This document shows, in pieces, positions 1 to 9,846 of a DNA stretch of 64,000 nt (position 1 is its first letter; each line of letters begins with the position of its first letter). The DNA is from Terriglobia bacterium (GTDB lineage: Bacteria; Acidobacteriota; Terriglobia; Terriglobales; Acidobacteriaceae). Position numbers and translations under genes: made by a program. The notes under the pieces are model-generated. The model was not told where the DNA came from and ran no database searches. It was given only the letters and a program-made list of their open reading frames with translations. The DNA lies in assembly GCA_963797845.1 (NCBI GenBank), contig CAWCRE010000007.1, positions 13,851-77,850 of the forward strand, given 5' to 3'.

Positions 1-1029
1 TGCTTGACGATGCAGCTTTGCTGCACATTTTCAATGTCGCCTCCGGCCTGGACTCGATGGTGATTGGCGAACCGCAGATCGTTTCTCAATTGAAGGGCGC
101 ATGGTCAGCAGGCGCAGAAGATCGGCAGCACCGGGCGTTTCCTGGACGCAGTGATCCAGAAAGCGCTGACGGTTTCGAAACGCGTGCGCAATGAGACCGC
201 GATCGGGAATTCAGCGGTATCGGTTCCTTATGCGGCGGTGCAACTGGCGAAACAGATTCTCGGTTCGCTGCGAGACCGGAAAGTGTTGTTGCTGGGCGCG
301 GGCAAGATGGGTGAACTTTCTGCGCGCTACCTGCTGAACTCGGCGCGCAGCGAAGTCGTGGTAGTGAACCGCACCTACGATCACGCAGTCGAGCTGGCAC
401 AGCATCTGGGAGGCAAGGCGGTGCGTTTCGAAGACCGCTGGCAACACCTGGTGGAAGCGGATGTGGTGATCAGTTCGACTTCCTGTCCGCACGCCATCTT
501 GGGCCGGCAAGAAGCGGAGATCATTGTTCGCGAGCGAGGGGTACGGCCGCTGGTGTTGATCGATATCGCGTTGCCGCGGGACATTGACCCCAACGTGCGC
601 GCGCGTTCCAGGCGTTTTTCTTTACGACATGGACGACCTGGAGAACGTGGTTCAGCACAATGCGGGCGAGCGCGAGAGCGCGGCGGAGCAGGCCCGCAAG
701 CTCGTGGCAGGCGGAAGCGCAGGGTTTTCGCAGCAAGTTGCTGGCGGAGCGCGTGGTCCCAACGATTATGGCGCTGCGCCGGCGATTAGACGAGATTTGC
801 CGGCAAGAACTGGAGTCCTTCAAGCACGAGACCGGGCCCTATCCCCAAAGACCAGGACCAGATTCTGGATGCGATGGCATCCCGGATCACGCAAAGAATT
901 GCGGGATCACTGGCCCGGGAACTCAAGGGACTTCCGGAAAAGATGGAACAGGAGCAGCTGACGTCGGCAGTGGAGAAACTGTTTCATCTGGAAATGCCTG
1001 ACGCGGCACTTGCCGGCACCAGAATGTGA
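1..1029 (+). pseudogene. hemA: glutamyl-tRNA reductase HemA; 5' end cut by window edge, reading frame broken at least 4 times
   Basis: Frame-tracked translation gives [19 protein letters not shown] / [33 protein letters not shown]...LLLGAGKMGE...[14 protein letters not shown] / [34 protein letters not shown] / [42 protein letters not shown] / [22 protein letters not shown]... Shifts lie near 100, 600, 705 and 838. Stop TGA is at 1027-1029. Confidence 0.85.
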
Positions 1030-1040
1030 AGGAGATGAGT

Positions 1041-1695
1041 ATGGCTAACAAGGCAATAGCAGTTCCGTTGCAAAAAGAGCGGCAGGCCAACTGGACCGCC
1101 ACCCAGGCCTATGTGCTGGCGGTGTTCTGCCTGCTGCTGGGCGTGACGCTCGGGTACCTGTTCCGCGGATCGGCCTCTCCGGCGGTTGAGAACAGCGCAG
1201 CAACCCAGCAAAATTTCAATGTCCCACAGCAAATGGGGAACCAGCCGAGCCCAGAGCAGCAAAAGGCGATGTTCGAGAAGGCGGCGGCCCCGCTACAGGA
1301 CGCGGTCAACAAGAATCCCAATGACTTCGGCTGCGATCGTGAAGTTAGGGAATCTGTATTACGACTCGCGGCAATATCCGCAAGCCATCGAACTGTATGA
1401 GCGGGCGCTGAAGATCCATCCCGATACAGCCGATGTGCGCACGGACCTGGGAACGGCGTTCTGGTACACGGGAGATGCGGACAAAGCGCTCGCGGAATTC
1501 CAGAAATCGTTGAAGATCAACCCCAACCATCCGGGAACTCTCTTCAACATGGGCATCGTGAAGTGGCAGGGAAAGATGGATCCCTCGGGCGCAGTGCAGG
1601 CCTGGGAAGACTTGCTGAAGAGAAATCCAAATTATCCGCAGAAGCAGCAGATTGAGGAGTTGATCGCAAAAGCAAAGCAGCATTCTGAGGCATAG
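1041..1695 (+). pseudogene. membrane-anchored TPR-repeat protein, one frameshift near 1330
   Basis: AAGGAG RBS at 1029-1034 precedes ATG 1041. The N-terminus carries a TM helix (WTATQAYVLAVFCLLLGVTLGYLF). After the shift comes AAIVKLGNLYYDSRQYPQAIELYERALKIHPDTADVRTDLGTAFWYTGDADKALAEFQKSLKINPNHP, which is a TPR pattern. Confidence 0.7.
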
Positions 1696-1736
1696 GGCGC
1701 CGATCATACAACTCATCTCCGAATACGGCGCTGAAG

Positions 1737-1767
1737 AGGGACAGTCTTGAGGCTGTCCCTTTTTCTT
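1737..1767 (+). terminator. rho-independent terminator after the TPR gene
   Basis: Stem agggacag / ctgtccct with an 8-nt loop, followed by tttttct. Confidence 0.6.
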
Positions 1768-1858
1768 GCACTGGAAGGTCTGCCCCGGACCTCCGGCTGA
1801 TTTCGGCTGCATATTACGCGCTTCTCCGCATTGCACGGGTCGGCATTAGAATGCGTGG

Positions 1859-2605
1859 GTGCGTCCGGACCAGGACATCAGCGGCATGGCTTCTTTTCCC
1901 ACCACACGATGGTCACTGATCGTGTCGGCGCGCAGTGACCAGTTGAATGAGCGGCAGCGCGCCCTCGACGTCCTGATTGCGGCGTACTGGAAACCGGTTT
2001 ACAAGCACATACGACTGAAGTGGAAAAAAGAGATCGAGGACGCGCGCGACCTGACCCAGGAGTTTTTCTCACGGGTGCTGGAGCGCGATTTTTTTGCCAG
2101 CTTCGATCCCGGACGGGCGCGGCTGCGTACGTTTCTCCGGGTCTGCGTGGATCGCTTTGTAGCCAACGAAAATCAGGCGGCGCAGCGACTGAAACGAGGC
2201 GGAGATTTCCAATTTGTGGCGCTCGACTTCCCCAGCGCAGAAGGAGAGTTGCAGGTTGCGGAGCCGGCGGCGTCGGAATCGGGAGAAGATTTTTTTGCCC
2301 GCGAGTGGATTCGCAGTCTGTTCGAACTGGCGGTCGAACAACTCCGCCGGGAATGCGAGCAAAACGGCAAGACGATCCACTTCCAGTTGCTGGAGAACTA
2401 TGACATTGAAGAAGGCGGGAAGGACTTAACCTATGAAGATGTTGCCAGGTTGTACGGGCTAAAGCCCAGCGACGTCACGAATTATCTTGCCTACGCCCGA
2501 CGGGAATTCCGGCGTATTGTGCTTGAGCAACTCCGGCTGAGCACCGCCAGCGAAGAAGAATTCCGCAACGAAGCGCGCGCGCTGCTGGGAGTGCAAATAC
2601 GGTGA
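1859..2605 (+). CDS. ECF-type RNA polymerase sigma factor (kinase-associated, ECF43-like)
   Basis: The N-terminal FPTTRWSLI motif is typical of this ECF clade. Region 2 is DARDLTQEFFSRVLE and region 4 is TYEDVARLYGLKPSDVTNYLAYARREFRRIV. GTG 1859 and ATG 1886 are both possible starts. The stop overlaps the kinase start (GTGATG). Confidence 0.8.
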   Translation: MRPDQDISGMASFPTTRWSLIVSARSDQLNERQRALDVLIAAYWKPVYKHIRLKWKKEIEDARDLTQEFFSRVLERDFFASFDPGRARLRTFLRVCVDRFVANENQAAQRLKRGGDFQFVALDFPSAEGELQVAEPAASESGEDFFAREWIRSLFELAVEQLRRECEQNGKTIHFQLLENYDIEEGGKDLTYEDVARLYGLKPSDVTNYLAYARREFRRIVLEQLRLSTASEEEFRNEARALLGVQIR

Positions 2606-3540
2606 TGCGGATCTCCGATGGCGCGATCGAACGGCTCCGGGTTGCGGCAGAAAATCCGGACCTGGGCGGTACTCGATACCGGTTGATGCACAAGCTCGGA
2701 CAAGGAGGGATGGGCACAGTTTACGCGGTTGAAGACAGCGTGCTGGCACGCCAGGTCGCACTCAAGGTCATCAACCTTCTCGACACTAAGGGCGAGTTGG
2801 CGGAACGCCTGTTACAGGAAGCGCGCGTGATCGCCCGCCTCGAACATCCCGGGATCGTTCCGGTGCACGATGTGGGCACGTTGCCGGACGGCAGGGTGTT
2901 CTACACCATGAAGCTGGTGCAAGGCCGTCGCCTCGACGATCCTGAAACCAATTTGGGTTTACAGAACGAATGTTTGCGAACGTTTCTGAAGATTTGCGAG
3001 GCGGTTGCCTTCGCGCATTCCCACACCATCGTTCACCGCGATCTGAAACCCTCCAACATCATGATCGGCCCATTCGGAGAGGTGCTGGTAATGGACTGGG
3101 GTTTGGCAAAGGTGATCGGCTCCGCAACCAGCACTCCGAGCGGAGTTCATTCTGGCGGAGCGGTCGTGGGAACGCCGGGATTCATGGCTCCGGAGCAGGC
3201 ACGCGGCGAGGGAGTCTCCGGCCCTGCAGCCGACATTTATTCGTTGGGAATGATTCTCAACTTCCTGCTAAGAAGTGGTTCATCGGCGCAGCTGTCCCGT
3301 CGTCTGAACGCGGTAATCCGCAAGGCGACAGAGGTTGATCCGGCTGCCCGCTACGCGTCGGTCGAAGAACTTGCTTTCGATGTGAGCCAATATTTGCAGG
3401 GTGGAACGCTGTTAGCTTACCCGGAGGGCATAACAGCCCGCGCCTGGAGGTGGGTGGTTCGGAACCGGGCGTGGATCCTGCTGATCATCGCCTACCTGGC
3501 GATGCGGATTCTGTTCATTTTGTGGCGCAAATTTTCTTGA
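2602..3540 (+). CDS. Ser/Thr protein kinase, tail-anchored (single C-terminal TM, no sensor domain)
   Basis: Motifs present: GQGGMGTVY glycine loop, VALKVI, HRDLKPSNIM, DWGLAK, GTPGFMAPEQ. C-terminal TM is WILLIIAYLAMRILFILW. It overlaps the sigma gene by 4 nt. Confidence 0.9.
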   Translation: MMRISDGAIERLRVAAENPDLGGTRYRLMHKLGQGGMGTVYAVEDSVLARQVALKVINLLDTKGELAERLLQEARVIARLEHPGIVPVHDVGTLPDGRVFYTMKLVQGRRLDDPETNLGLQNECLRTFLKICEAVAFAHSHTIVHRDLKPSNIMIGPFGEVLVMDWGLAKVIGSATSTPSGVHSGGAVVGTPGFMAPEQARGEGVSGPAADIYSLGMILNFLLRSGSSAQLSRRLNAVIRKATEVDPAARYASVEELAFDVSQYLQGGTLLAYPEGITARAWRWVVRNRAWILLIIAYLAMRILFILWRKFS

Positions 3541-3611
3541 GAAAGTTTTAAAGGATTTCTCGCGTTCGTGGAATAGAAGAGTAGCGGGCATCCAGCCTGC
3601 GGAGAGAGCTC

Positions 3612-3974
3612 ATGAATAAAGTATGGTTGGGGCTGGTGTTGGGAGGGATTCTGGGGATATTCGATGGCTTGACGTCGTGGTTTACACCTGAAGTTCGCGC
3701 TCAACTTCTGGGAATTGTAATTGGCTCGACGGTGAAGGGGCTGATCGCGGGAGTGCTCATCGGCTATTTTGCGCGGAAGGTGAACTCGTTACCGCTGGGC
3801 ATTCTGTTTGGTCTATCGGTGGGGCTGCTTCTGGCTTACGCGGTGGCTGCTATGCCGAATCCCGCCGGGAAACACTACTACTTCGAGATCATGCTTCCGG
3901 GTGGAATCGTGGGCACGATTGTTGGCTACGCGACCCAGCGTTTCGGATCCGGCATCGACCTGGCCACACGATGA
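3612..3974 (+). CDS. small integral membrane protein (about 4 TM), unknown function
   Basis: The translation is Gly-rich and hydrophobic throughout: LGLVLGGILGIF, LLGIVIGSTVKGLIAGVLIGYF, LGILFGLSVGLLLAYAVAA, GGIVGTIVGYA. Confidence 0.6.
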   Translation: MNKVWLGLVLGGILGIFDGLTSWFTPEVRAQLLGIVIGSTVKGLIAGVLIGYFARKVNSLPLGILFGLSVGLLLAYAVAAMPNPAGKHYYFEIMLPGGIVGTIVGYATQRFGSGIDLATR

Positions 3975-3978
3975 ACGA

Positions 3979-4152
3979 TTAAGGGCAGGGCTTCTTGGCC
4001 GGGCCGACGACGCCGAGCTTCAGCTCAACGCAGTGTTGCCAGTGCTCGCATTCGCGGCAACTGGGCCGCGAGGCTCGCCGAATCAAGCCGACGCCGAAAA
4101 GGGTGTAAAAGAGGCCCAGCATGGAAGCAGCGACGATGGACAGATTGGTCAT
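3979..4152 (-). CDS. 57-aa membrane-anchored Cys-rich protein
   Basis: A GAGGAGAG RBS lies 6 nt before the ATG. Translation is MTNLSIVAASMLGLFYTLFGVGLIRRASRPSCRECEHWQHCVELKLGVVGPAKKPCP, a TM helix followed by a CxxC..C segment. The 80-aa track ORF starts further upstream without an RBS. Confidence 0.45.
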   Translation of the reverse strand: MTNLSIVAASMLGLFYTLFGVGLIRRASRPSCRECEHWQHCVELKLGVVGPAKKPCP

Positions 4153-4515
4153 AAAGAACTCTCCTCGACCCGGGGTCCATAATCTTTCCTGGTAGACACC
4201 GGGGTCTGTGACGGTTGTCACATTTCGATGTGAGGGGAGAACAGCGGGGGTTCAGGCGGATTTTTTCTGGTGCTTTTTCAGGATGGCGTCGGTGGCGTCT
4301 TCGATTTGCGAGAGGACGCCTGCGGATCGTGCCTGCTCGCTCCGGTCTTGGCTGTTGGAACGGGCCGGGTCCTTGCGGATCGTGCGGTTTACTCCAAACG
4401 GGCGCGCTTGCCATGTCGTGATTTTCTCCAGAGAGTTGACGACTACAGCAATCAAAAGCGTCGCTCATTATCCACATGGAAGCGGCAGCAGGAGAATTGC
4501 ACGGCTTGGTTCCCC

Positions 4516-5359
4516 CTATCCGGGCCGCTTTTCGCTCGGCAAGATAGCGTCCGACCGCATCTTGCCAGCCCGGCATGGTGATCCCGTAAGCGTCCAGGCT
4601 GGTGGGAGAGAGCACTGAGTAAGCAGGGCGGGGCGCGGGGCGAGGAAACTTATCGGTGGTGGTGGGATGGATCGCGGTGGAAAGTCCGGCTGCGCGCGCG
4701 ACTTCTTTCGCCAGGTCGTACCAGGTGCAATCACCGCGGTTGGTGACGTGCACGATTCCGCTTGCGTTGTTATGACAGAGTTGAATGATGGCGCGAGCCA
4801 GGTCCACCGCGTAGGTGGGGCTTCCGCGCTGATCGTCGACAACGTTCAGTTCGGGGCGCGTCGCCGCCAGTTTCAGGATGGTGTCAGGAAAGCATTTGCC
4901 GCCGGTCCCGAACAGCCACGAGGTACGGGCGATGCAGGAGCCGGGGAGGATATCTGAAATTTGAACCTCAGCCTCTGCTTTCGATTGGCCGTACACGCTC
5001 GTCGGATTTCGCGGATCGGTGGTCTCGTAAGGCTGAGTCTTGCGGCCGTCGAAGACATAGTCCGTGCTGACGAACAGTAACCGGCTACCGTTCTTTTTTG
5101 CGGCTTCAGCGACATTTACAGCGCCCCGCGCATTCACGGCGAAGGCGAGATCACGATTAGTCTCGCAACCATCGACGTCGGTATAGGCTGCGGCGAGAAC
5201 GATCCAGTGAGGGCGAGTTTCGCTGACCACTCGATTCACTTGATCCGGGTTGCGGATGTCGGCGTCCTGGGAGCCAAGGGGGACGACGTCGTCGTCTTGC
5301 CATTCCCGCACCAGTGCTTTCCCCAACAGACCGGTAGCGCCGAAAAGTGTGATTCGCAT
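4516..5359 (-). pseudogene. rmlD: dTDP-4-dehydrorhamnose reductase RmlD; the 3' end reads through in this sequence
   Basis: MRITLFGATGLLGKAL...STDYVFDG...YGQSKAEAE...DQRGSPTY...FPRPAPRPAYSVL...WQDAVGRYLAER. Family members are about 280-300 aa, but the track ORF is 444 aa. Removing one A from the aaaa run near 4530 gives ...ERKRPG followed by stop at 4516-4518. Confidence 0.85.
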
Positions 5360-5367
5360 TGAAGGGT

Positions 5368-5940
5368 CTAGGCGTACACTTCCGCGTGTTTGAGGGGAAC
5401 TCCGAGCTTGTCTTTCGCGGATACGATGGGTTCTTCTGTTAACTGCCAGTCGATCTTCAGGTCGGGATCGTTCCAGGCAATGGTCTTCTCAAAGTTCGGG
5501 AAATAAAAATCCGTCGTTTTATAGAGAACGTTCGCGCCGTCGGAGAGGACGCGGAAGCCGTGAGCGAAGCCGGCCGGCACCCAGATCATCTTATGATTTT
5601 GTTCGGAAAGGGTGACGGCTTCCCAAGCGCCGAAAGTGGAGGAACTGCGGCGAAGATCGACCACGACATCCAGTATTTCTCCGGTGATGACACGAACCAG
5701 CTTGCCTTGCGAACGCTGCACCTGGTAGTGCATACCGCGCAGTACATTGCGCCGGGAGAAAGAGTGGTTATCCTGAACGAATTCCTCATCAATGCCGAGT
5801 TCACGCATGACGCGCTGGTTAAAGCCTTCAAGAAAGAATCCGCGTTCGTCGCTGAAGACGCGAGGCTCAAGCACCAGAATTCCCTCGAGGGATCCGCGAG
5901 TTACTTTCATCACCGTACCGCCTGCCTGTCCAGCTGCCAT
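5368..5940 (-). CDS. rmlC: dTDP-4-dehydrorhamnose 3,5-epimerase RmlC
   Basis: LEPRVFSDERGFFLEGFN...RGMHYQ...QGKLVRVITGEILDVVVDLR...WVPAGFAHGF...YKTTDFY. ATG 5940 sits 1 nt after the rmlA stop; the alternative start is ATG 5910 (MKVTRGS). Confidence 0.9.
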   Translation of the reverse strand: MAAGQAGGTVMKVTRGSLEGILVLEPRVFSDERGFFLEGFNQRVMRELGIDEEFVQDNHSFSRRNVLRGMHYQVQRSQGKLVRVITGEILDVVVDLRRSSSTFGAWEAVTLSEQNHKMIWVPAGFAHGFRVLSDGANVLYKTTDFYFPNFEKTIAWNDPDLKIDWQLTEEPIVSAKDKLGVPLKHAEVYA

Positions 5941-5941
5941 T

Positions 5942-6846
5942 TCAAAAAACCTTCTCTCGCAATAATTGGAGTAAGTACGCCCCGTAGCCATTGTTCTTCA
6001 TAGTATGGCCAATCTTCTCCAATTCAGCCGCGCTGATGTAGCCGTTACGGTAGGCGATTTCCTCCGGACACGCAACCATCAGCCCCTGGCGGCGTCTCAA
6101 TGGTCTGGATGAAAAGGGAAGCTTCCATCATGGCTTCGTGGGTGCCGGTGTCAAGCCACGCCATGCCGCGCCCCATGACGCAAACGTCGAGTTGGCCGCG
6201 CTCGAGGTATGCCTTGTTCACATCGGTAATTTCGAGTTCTCCGCGCGCGGAAGGCTTCAACGACTTCGCGATATCTGACCACTTGATTATCGTAAAAGTA
6301 GAGCCCGGTAACCGCGTAACGGGACTTGGGCTTCTGCGGCTTCTCTTCCAGACTGAGTGCCTTGCCCTGGTCATCGAATTCCACGACGCCATAGCGCTCG
6401 GGATCATTGACCGGATAGGCAAAGATTCGCGCTCCGTTCATCTTGTCGGCAGCCTCGCTGCACATCTTTCGCCAAGTCATGGCCGTAAAAAATGTTGTCG
6501 CCGAGGACCAGCGCGCAGCAACTGCCACCGATGAAGTCCTCGCCGACGATAAAAGCTTGCGCAATTCCTTCCGGCTTTGGTTGAACGACATATTGGAAAT
6601 TGATTCCGAAGCGCGATCCATCGCCCAGCAGGTGCTCGAAACGAGGCAGTGTCTTCGGGAGTGGAGATGATCAGGATGTCGCGAATGCCCGCCAGCATCA
6701 GCGTCGAAAGCGGGTAGTAGATCATGGGCTTGTCGTAGATGGGCAGCAGGCTCTTGCCCACCGCGTGGGTCGCGGGATAGAGACGGGTGCCGGAGCCGCC
6801 CGCCAGAATGATGCCTTTGTAGCTCCGCCGATTTAATTGCCGCCAT
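5942..6846 (-). pseudogene. rmlA: glucose-1-phosphate thymidylyltransferase RmlA, at least 4-5 frameshifts
   Basis: Fragments across three frames: [57 protein letters not shown] / [53 protein letters not shown] / [60 protein letters not shown] / [45 protein letters not shown]. Confidence 0.85.
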
Positions 6847-6856
6847 TGTCTATCTC

Positions 6857-7921
6857 CTAGGAGTACTGGGTGGCAATCCACTGGCGATAACTGCCGCTAG
6901 TCACTTCTTTGACCCATGCATCGTGCTGCAAGATACCACTGAATGGTCTTGCGGATTCCGGTCTCGAATGTTTCTCGAGGCCTCCATCCGAGTTCGCTTT
7001 CGATTTTGCGTGCGTCCATGGCATAGCGGCGATCGTGTCCCGGGCGGTCGTGACAAAGGTGATCAGTTTTTTGTGGGGGACGATGGGATCGCCGGGCGGA
7101 GTTCGTCGAGAATTGAGCAGATCGATGTTAACAATATCCAGATTCTGGCTTCTCATTACTGCCGCCAATGTTGTAGCGACTCGCCAACGCGGCCTTTGGC
7201 GAGAACTGTGCGAATGGCTTCGCAGTGATCTTCGACATAGAGCCAGTCGCGCACATTCTTCCCATCGCCATAAACCGGAAGCGGCTTTCCCTTCAGCGCA
7301 TTCAGGATCATCAGCGGAATCAATTTCTCAGGAAACTGAAACGGGCCATAGTTGTTGGAGCAATTTGTGGTCAAAGTCGGCAACCCGTAGGTGTGATGAT
7401 AGGCGCGCACCAGATGATCGGAAGCCGCTTTCGACGCGGAGTACGGGCTGTTCGGAGCGTAAGGCGTGGTTTCGGTAAAGGCCGGATCTTGGGCCCAAGA
7501 GATCCATAAACTTCATCGGTCGAGACATGCAGGAAACGAAATTGCGTGCGCTCCGGTTCAGCCAGAGCATGCCAATAGGCCCGTGCCTCCTCCAACAAGG
7601 AGAAGGTGCCATTGACATTGGTGCGAACGAAATCGTCGGGCCCAAGATCGAACGATCCACGTGGCTCTCGGCGGCAAAGTGAACGATGGCTCGCGGGCGG
7701 TGCTTCTGAAGCAAGCTGCGCACGAGGGCGCGGTCGCAGATATCGCCATGAACGAAGATGTATCCCGAATTATCGCTGACGGACTCAAGATTTCGCAGAT
7801 TGCCGGCGTAGGTCAGCTTGTCGAGATTGACCAGGGGCGAGGGCTCTTGCTCCATCCATTGCAGGACGAAGTTGGACCCGATGAAACCAGCGCCTCCAGT
7901 GACCAGGATGGGATCTGCCAT
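6857..7921 (-). pseudogene. rmlB: dTDP-glucose 4,6-dehydratase RmlB, at least 4 frameshifts
   Basis: MADPILVTGGAGFIGSNFV...[15 protein letters not shown] / [22 protein letters not shown]...[15 protein letters not shown] / [58 protein letters not shown]...[16 protein letters not shown] / ...[24 protein letters not shown]... The shift after HVDRSILGP sits in a c-run (gggcccgac). Confidence 0.85.
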
Positions 7922-7936
7922 GTACTGCGATTGTAA

Positions 7937-7966
7937 ATAAAAAAGGCGGGAAGTTAACTCCCGCCT
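7937..7966 (-). terminator. rho-independent terminator after ahpD
   Basis: On the minus strand: ggcgggagttaacttcccgcc followed by ttttttattt. Confidence 0.65.
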
Positions 7967-7986
7967 TTGGAAAATAAGCGAAGCGC

Positions 7987-8536
7987 TCAGACAGTTACGG
8001 GCTGGCTGGGAACGGCCTTCTCGGCATCAAGAACCGCGGCCAAGCCATGAACGACCGACGCGATACGGACGGCGGCAAGCACGGTTTCTTCGGTCATACC
8101 TTTTTCGCGAACGACTTTTTCGTGGGAGTCGACGCAAGCGCCACAGGCATTGATTGCTGAAACTGCTACGCACCACAGTTCAAAGTCGGCCTGATCCACG
8201 CCATGCGAGCGGATGATCTGCATGCGCAAGCGGGCCGGAATGGTGCCATAGGTTTCATTCTTGGTGAGGTGCAGGAAGCGGTAATAGACATTGTTCATGC
8301 CCATAATCGCGGCTGCGCCTTTGGCCGCTTCCAGCGCCTGAGGCGAAAGATGATGGGCGGCTTCGGCGAGGGCGGCCTGGGTCAAGGCCTCATTGCGGGA
8401 AGCGATGGCCGTGGCTGCGACCGTGCCCCACGTCTGCTGTTCGGTCAACTCCGCCTGCTTGGTCAAGTTGCCAAAATTCAGTTTCAGGTCCCGCGCGTAG
8501 CGGAGGAATGGTTTCCATCAATTCGTTCAAAGTCAT
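7987..8536 (-). pseudogene. ahpD: alkyl hydroperoxide reductase AhpD (carboxymuconolactone decarboxylase family), one frameshift near 8500
   Basis: MTLNELMETIP / YARDLKLNFGNLTKQAELTEQQTWG...AAAIMGMNNVYYRF...FELWCVAVSAINACGACVDSHE. It contains the CxxC active site and is collinear with the M. tuberculosis AhpD layout as I recall it. Confidence 0.85.
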
Positions 8537-8700
8537 TGCATTTGCCTTTCAGCTGGGCATGTGGAGCGGCGTGCGGTGCACGCGGCTTCGCCCGCGGCTC
8601 AGGATGACGCCATCAAGATGGTGCAAGGTCGGCTCAGGCGGACATGTGCAACACAAAGGACGCGTTCGGAGTTGCTAACGCAACTCCCGATGTCTTCGTG

Positions 8701-9248
8701 TTACGCGACCGTCAGAGTTTCTTCACCCTTCTGCCAGTTGCACGGGCAGAGTTCGTCGGTCTGCAGTGCATCAAGAACACGCAAAACTTCTTCAGGGCTG
8801 CGTCCCACCGAGAGATCGGTGACATAGACGAAGCGGATGACGCCTTCGGGATCGACCAGGAAAGCTGCGCGCTGGGCGACGCCTTCTTTCGGATCGAGAA
8901 TGCCCAACTGCTCGGCGAGTTCGCGCTTGACGTCAGCGAGCATGGGGAAGGGCAGATTCTTCAGGTCAGCGTGTGGCTGTTGCGCCATGCGTGATGCACC
9001 CACTCGGAGTCGATGCTGGCGCCCAGAATCTGCGTGTCGCGTTCCTGGAATTCCTTGTTCAGCTTGGCGAATCCGGCGATTTCCGTGGGGCAGACGAAGG
9101 TGAAATCCTTCGGCCAGAAAAAATACAGCTTCCACTTGCCGGCGAAATCGAGGTCGGTGAGGGTCTTGAATGCTTTCTTGGGGTCCTTTTCAGTGCTGAC
9201 CGTAGCAGTCATTGAAAACGAGGGAAACTTTTCTCCAATACCTAACAT
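8701..9248 (-). pseudogene. ahpC: peroxiredoxin AhpC (2-Cys), one frameshift near 8975
   Basis: MLGIGEKFPSFSMTA...KWKLYFFWPKDFTFVCPTEIAGFAKLNKEFQERDTQILGASIDSEWVHHAWRNSH / ADLKNLPFPMLADVKRELAEQLGILDPKEGVAQRAAFLVDPEGVIRFVYVTDLSVGRSPEEVLRVLDALQTDELCPCNW. Confidence 0.9.
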
Positions 9249-9279
9249 TGCTCTTCTCCTATAAATAAAAAGTTTGAAA

Positions 9280-9723
9280 TCAAAATCGGGAACTTCTTTG
9301 TGGTCTGGTGGAGCACTTCGAACAGGTGCCAAGCACATCGACCGCGATGCGGCGCACCTGAAATCCCGGAGGAAGTTTTTGGCGCAGGCGCACCGGGTCA
9401 ATACCGGCTTCGTTCAGGTCAGTGATCGATTTGCATTCCACGCAAACCAGGTGGTGATGCATTTTCTGATTGGATTCAACACGCAGCGAACCGTGATGCA
9501 GACCGGCTTCCCGCAGCATGCCGCTGTCAATAAAAGTGCGGAGGTTCTTGTAAACCGTGGCTAAGGAAATAGAAGGAACTTTCTTTCGCACCTTGGCATA
9601 GATCAGTTCCGGAGACGGATGCCCGTGTAGCGAAAGCACTGTCTCATAAATGACCTGCCGCTGATGGGTTGCCGCCAGGTTGCAGCGGTGGCAAAGGTCG
9701 CGAAAATTCACTTCAGGGCTCAT
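9280..9723 (-). CDS. Fur-family metalloregulator (Fur or PerR), first gene of the ahpCD operon
   Basis: LATVYKNLRTFIDSGMLRE winged helix, HHHLVCVECKSI and CSKC zinc-site cysteines. Only 31 nt separate its stop from the ahpC start. Confidence 0.85.
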   Translation of the reverse strand: MSPEVNFRDLCHRCNLAATHQRQVIYETVLSLHGHPSPELIYAKVRKKVPSISLATVYKNLRTFIDSGMLREAGLHHGSLRVESNQKMHHHLVCVECKSITDLNEAGIDPVRLRQKLPPGFQVRRIAVDVLGTCSKCSTRPQRSSRF

Positions 9724-9742
9724 GCGTCAGAATTCTACAGAA

Positions 9743-9757
9743 TGATAATCATTATCA
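9743..9757. promoter_or_regulatory. perfect 7-1-7 Fur box TGATAATcATTATCA
   Basis: Exact palindrome centred on c9750, lying 20-34 nt upstream of the Fur-family start codon (9723, minus strand). Confidence 0.75.
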
Positions 9758-9846
9758 TCTAACAACTAGTTTGATTCGACCGCAAGCCTTGGGGATGCAG
9801 ATTTTTCGCGAATCGTTCCGATTTGGGAAGCCGGGAGAGCCTGCAA

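Noticed and set aside
4025-5359. 444-aa ORF that could be read as an RmlD fusion protein with a novel C-terminal domain
   Set aside because: Homology stops around residue 275. The extension is Arg/Pro-rich, overlaps an RBS-supported small gene, and disappears if one base in an A-run is removed. I treat it as read-through caused by an indel.
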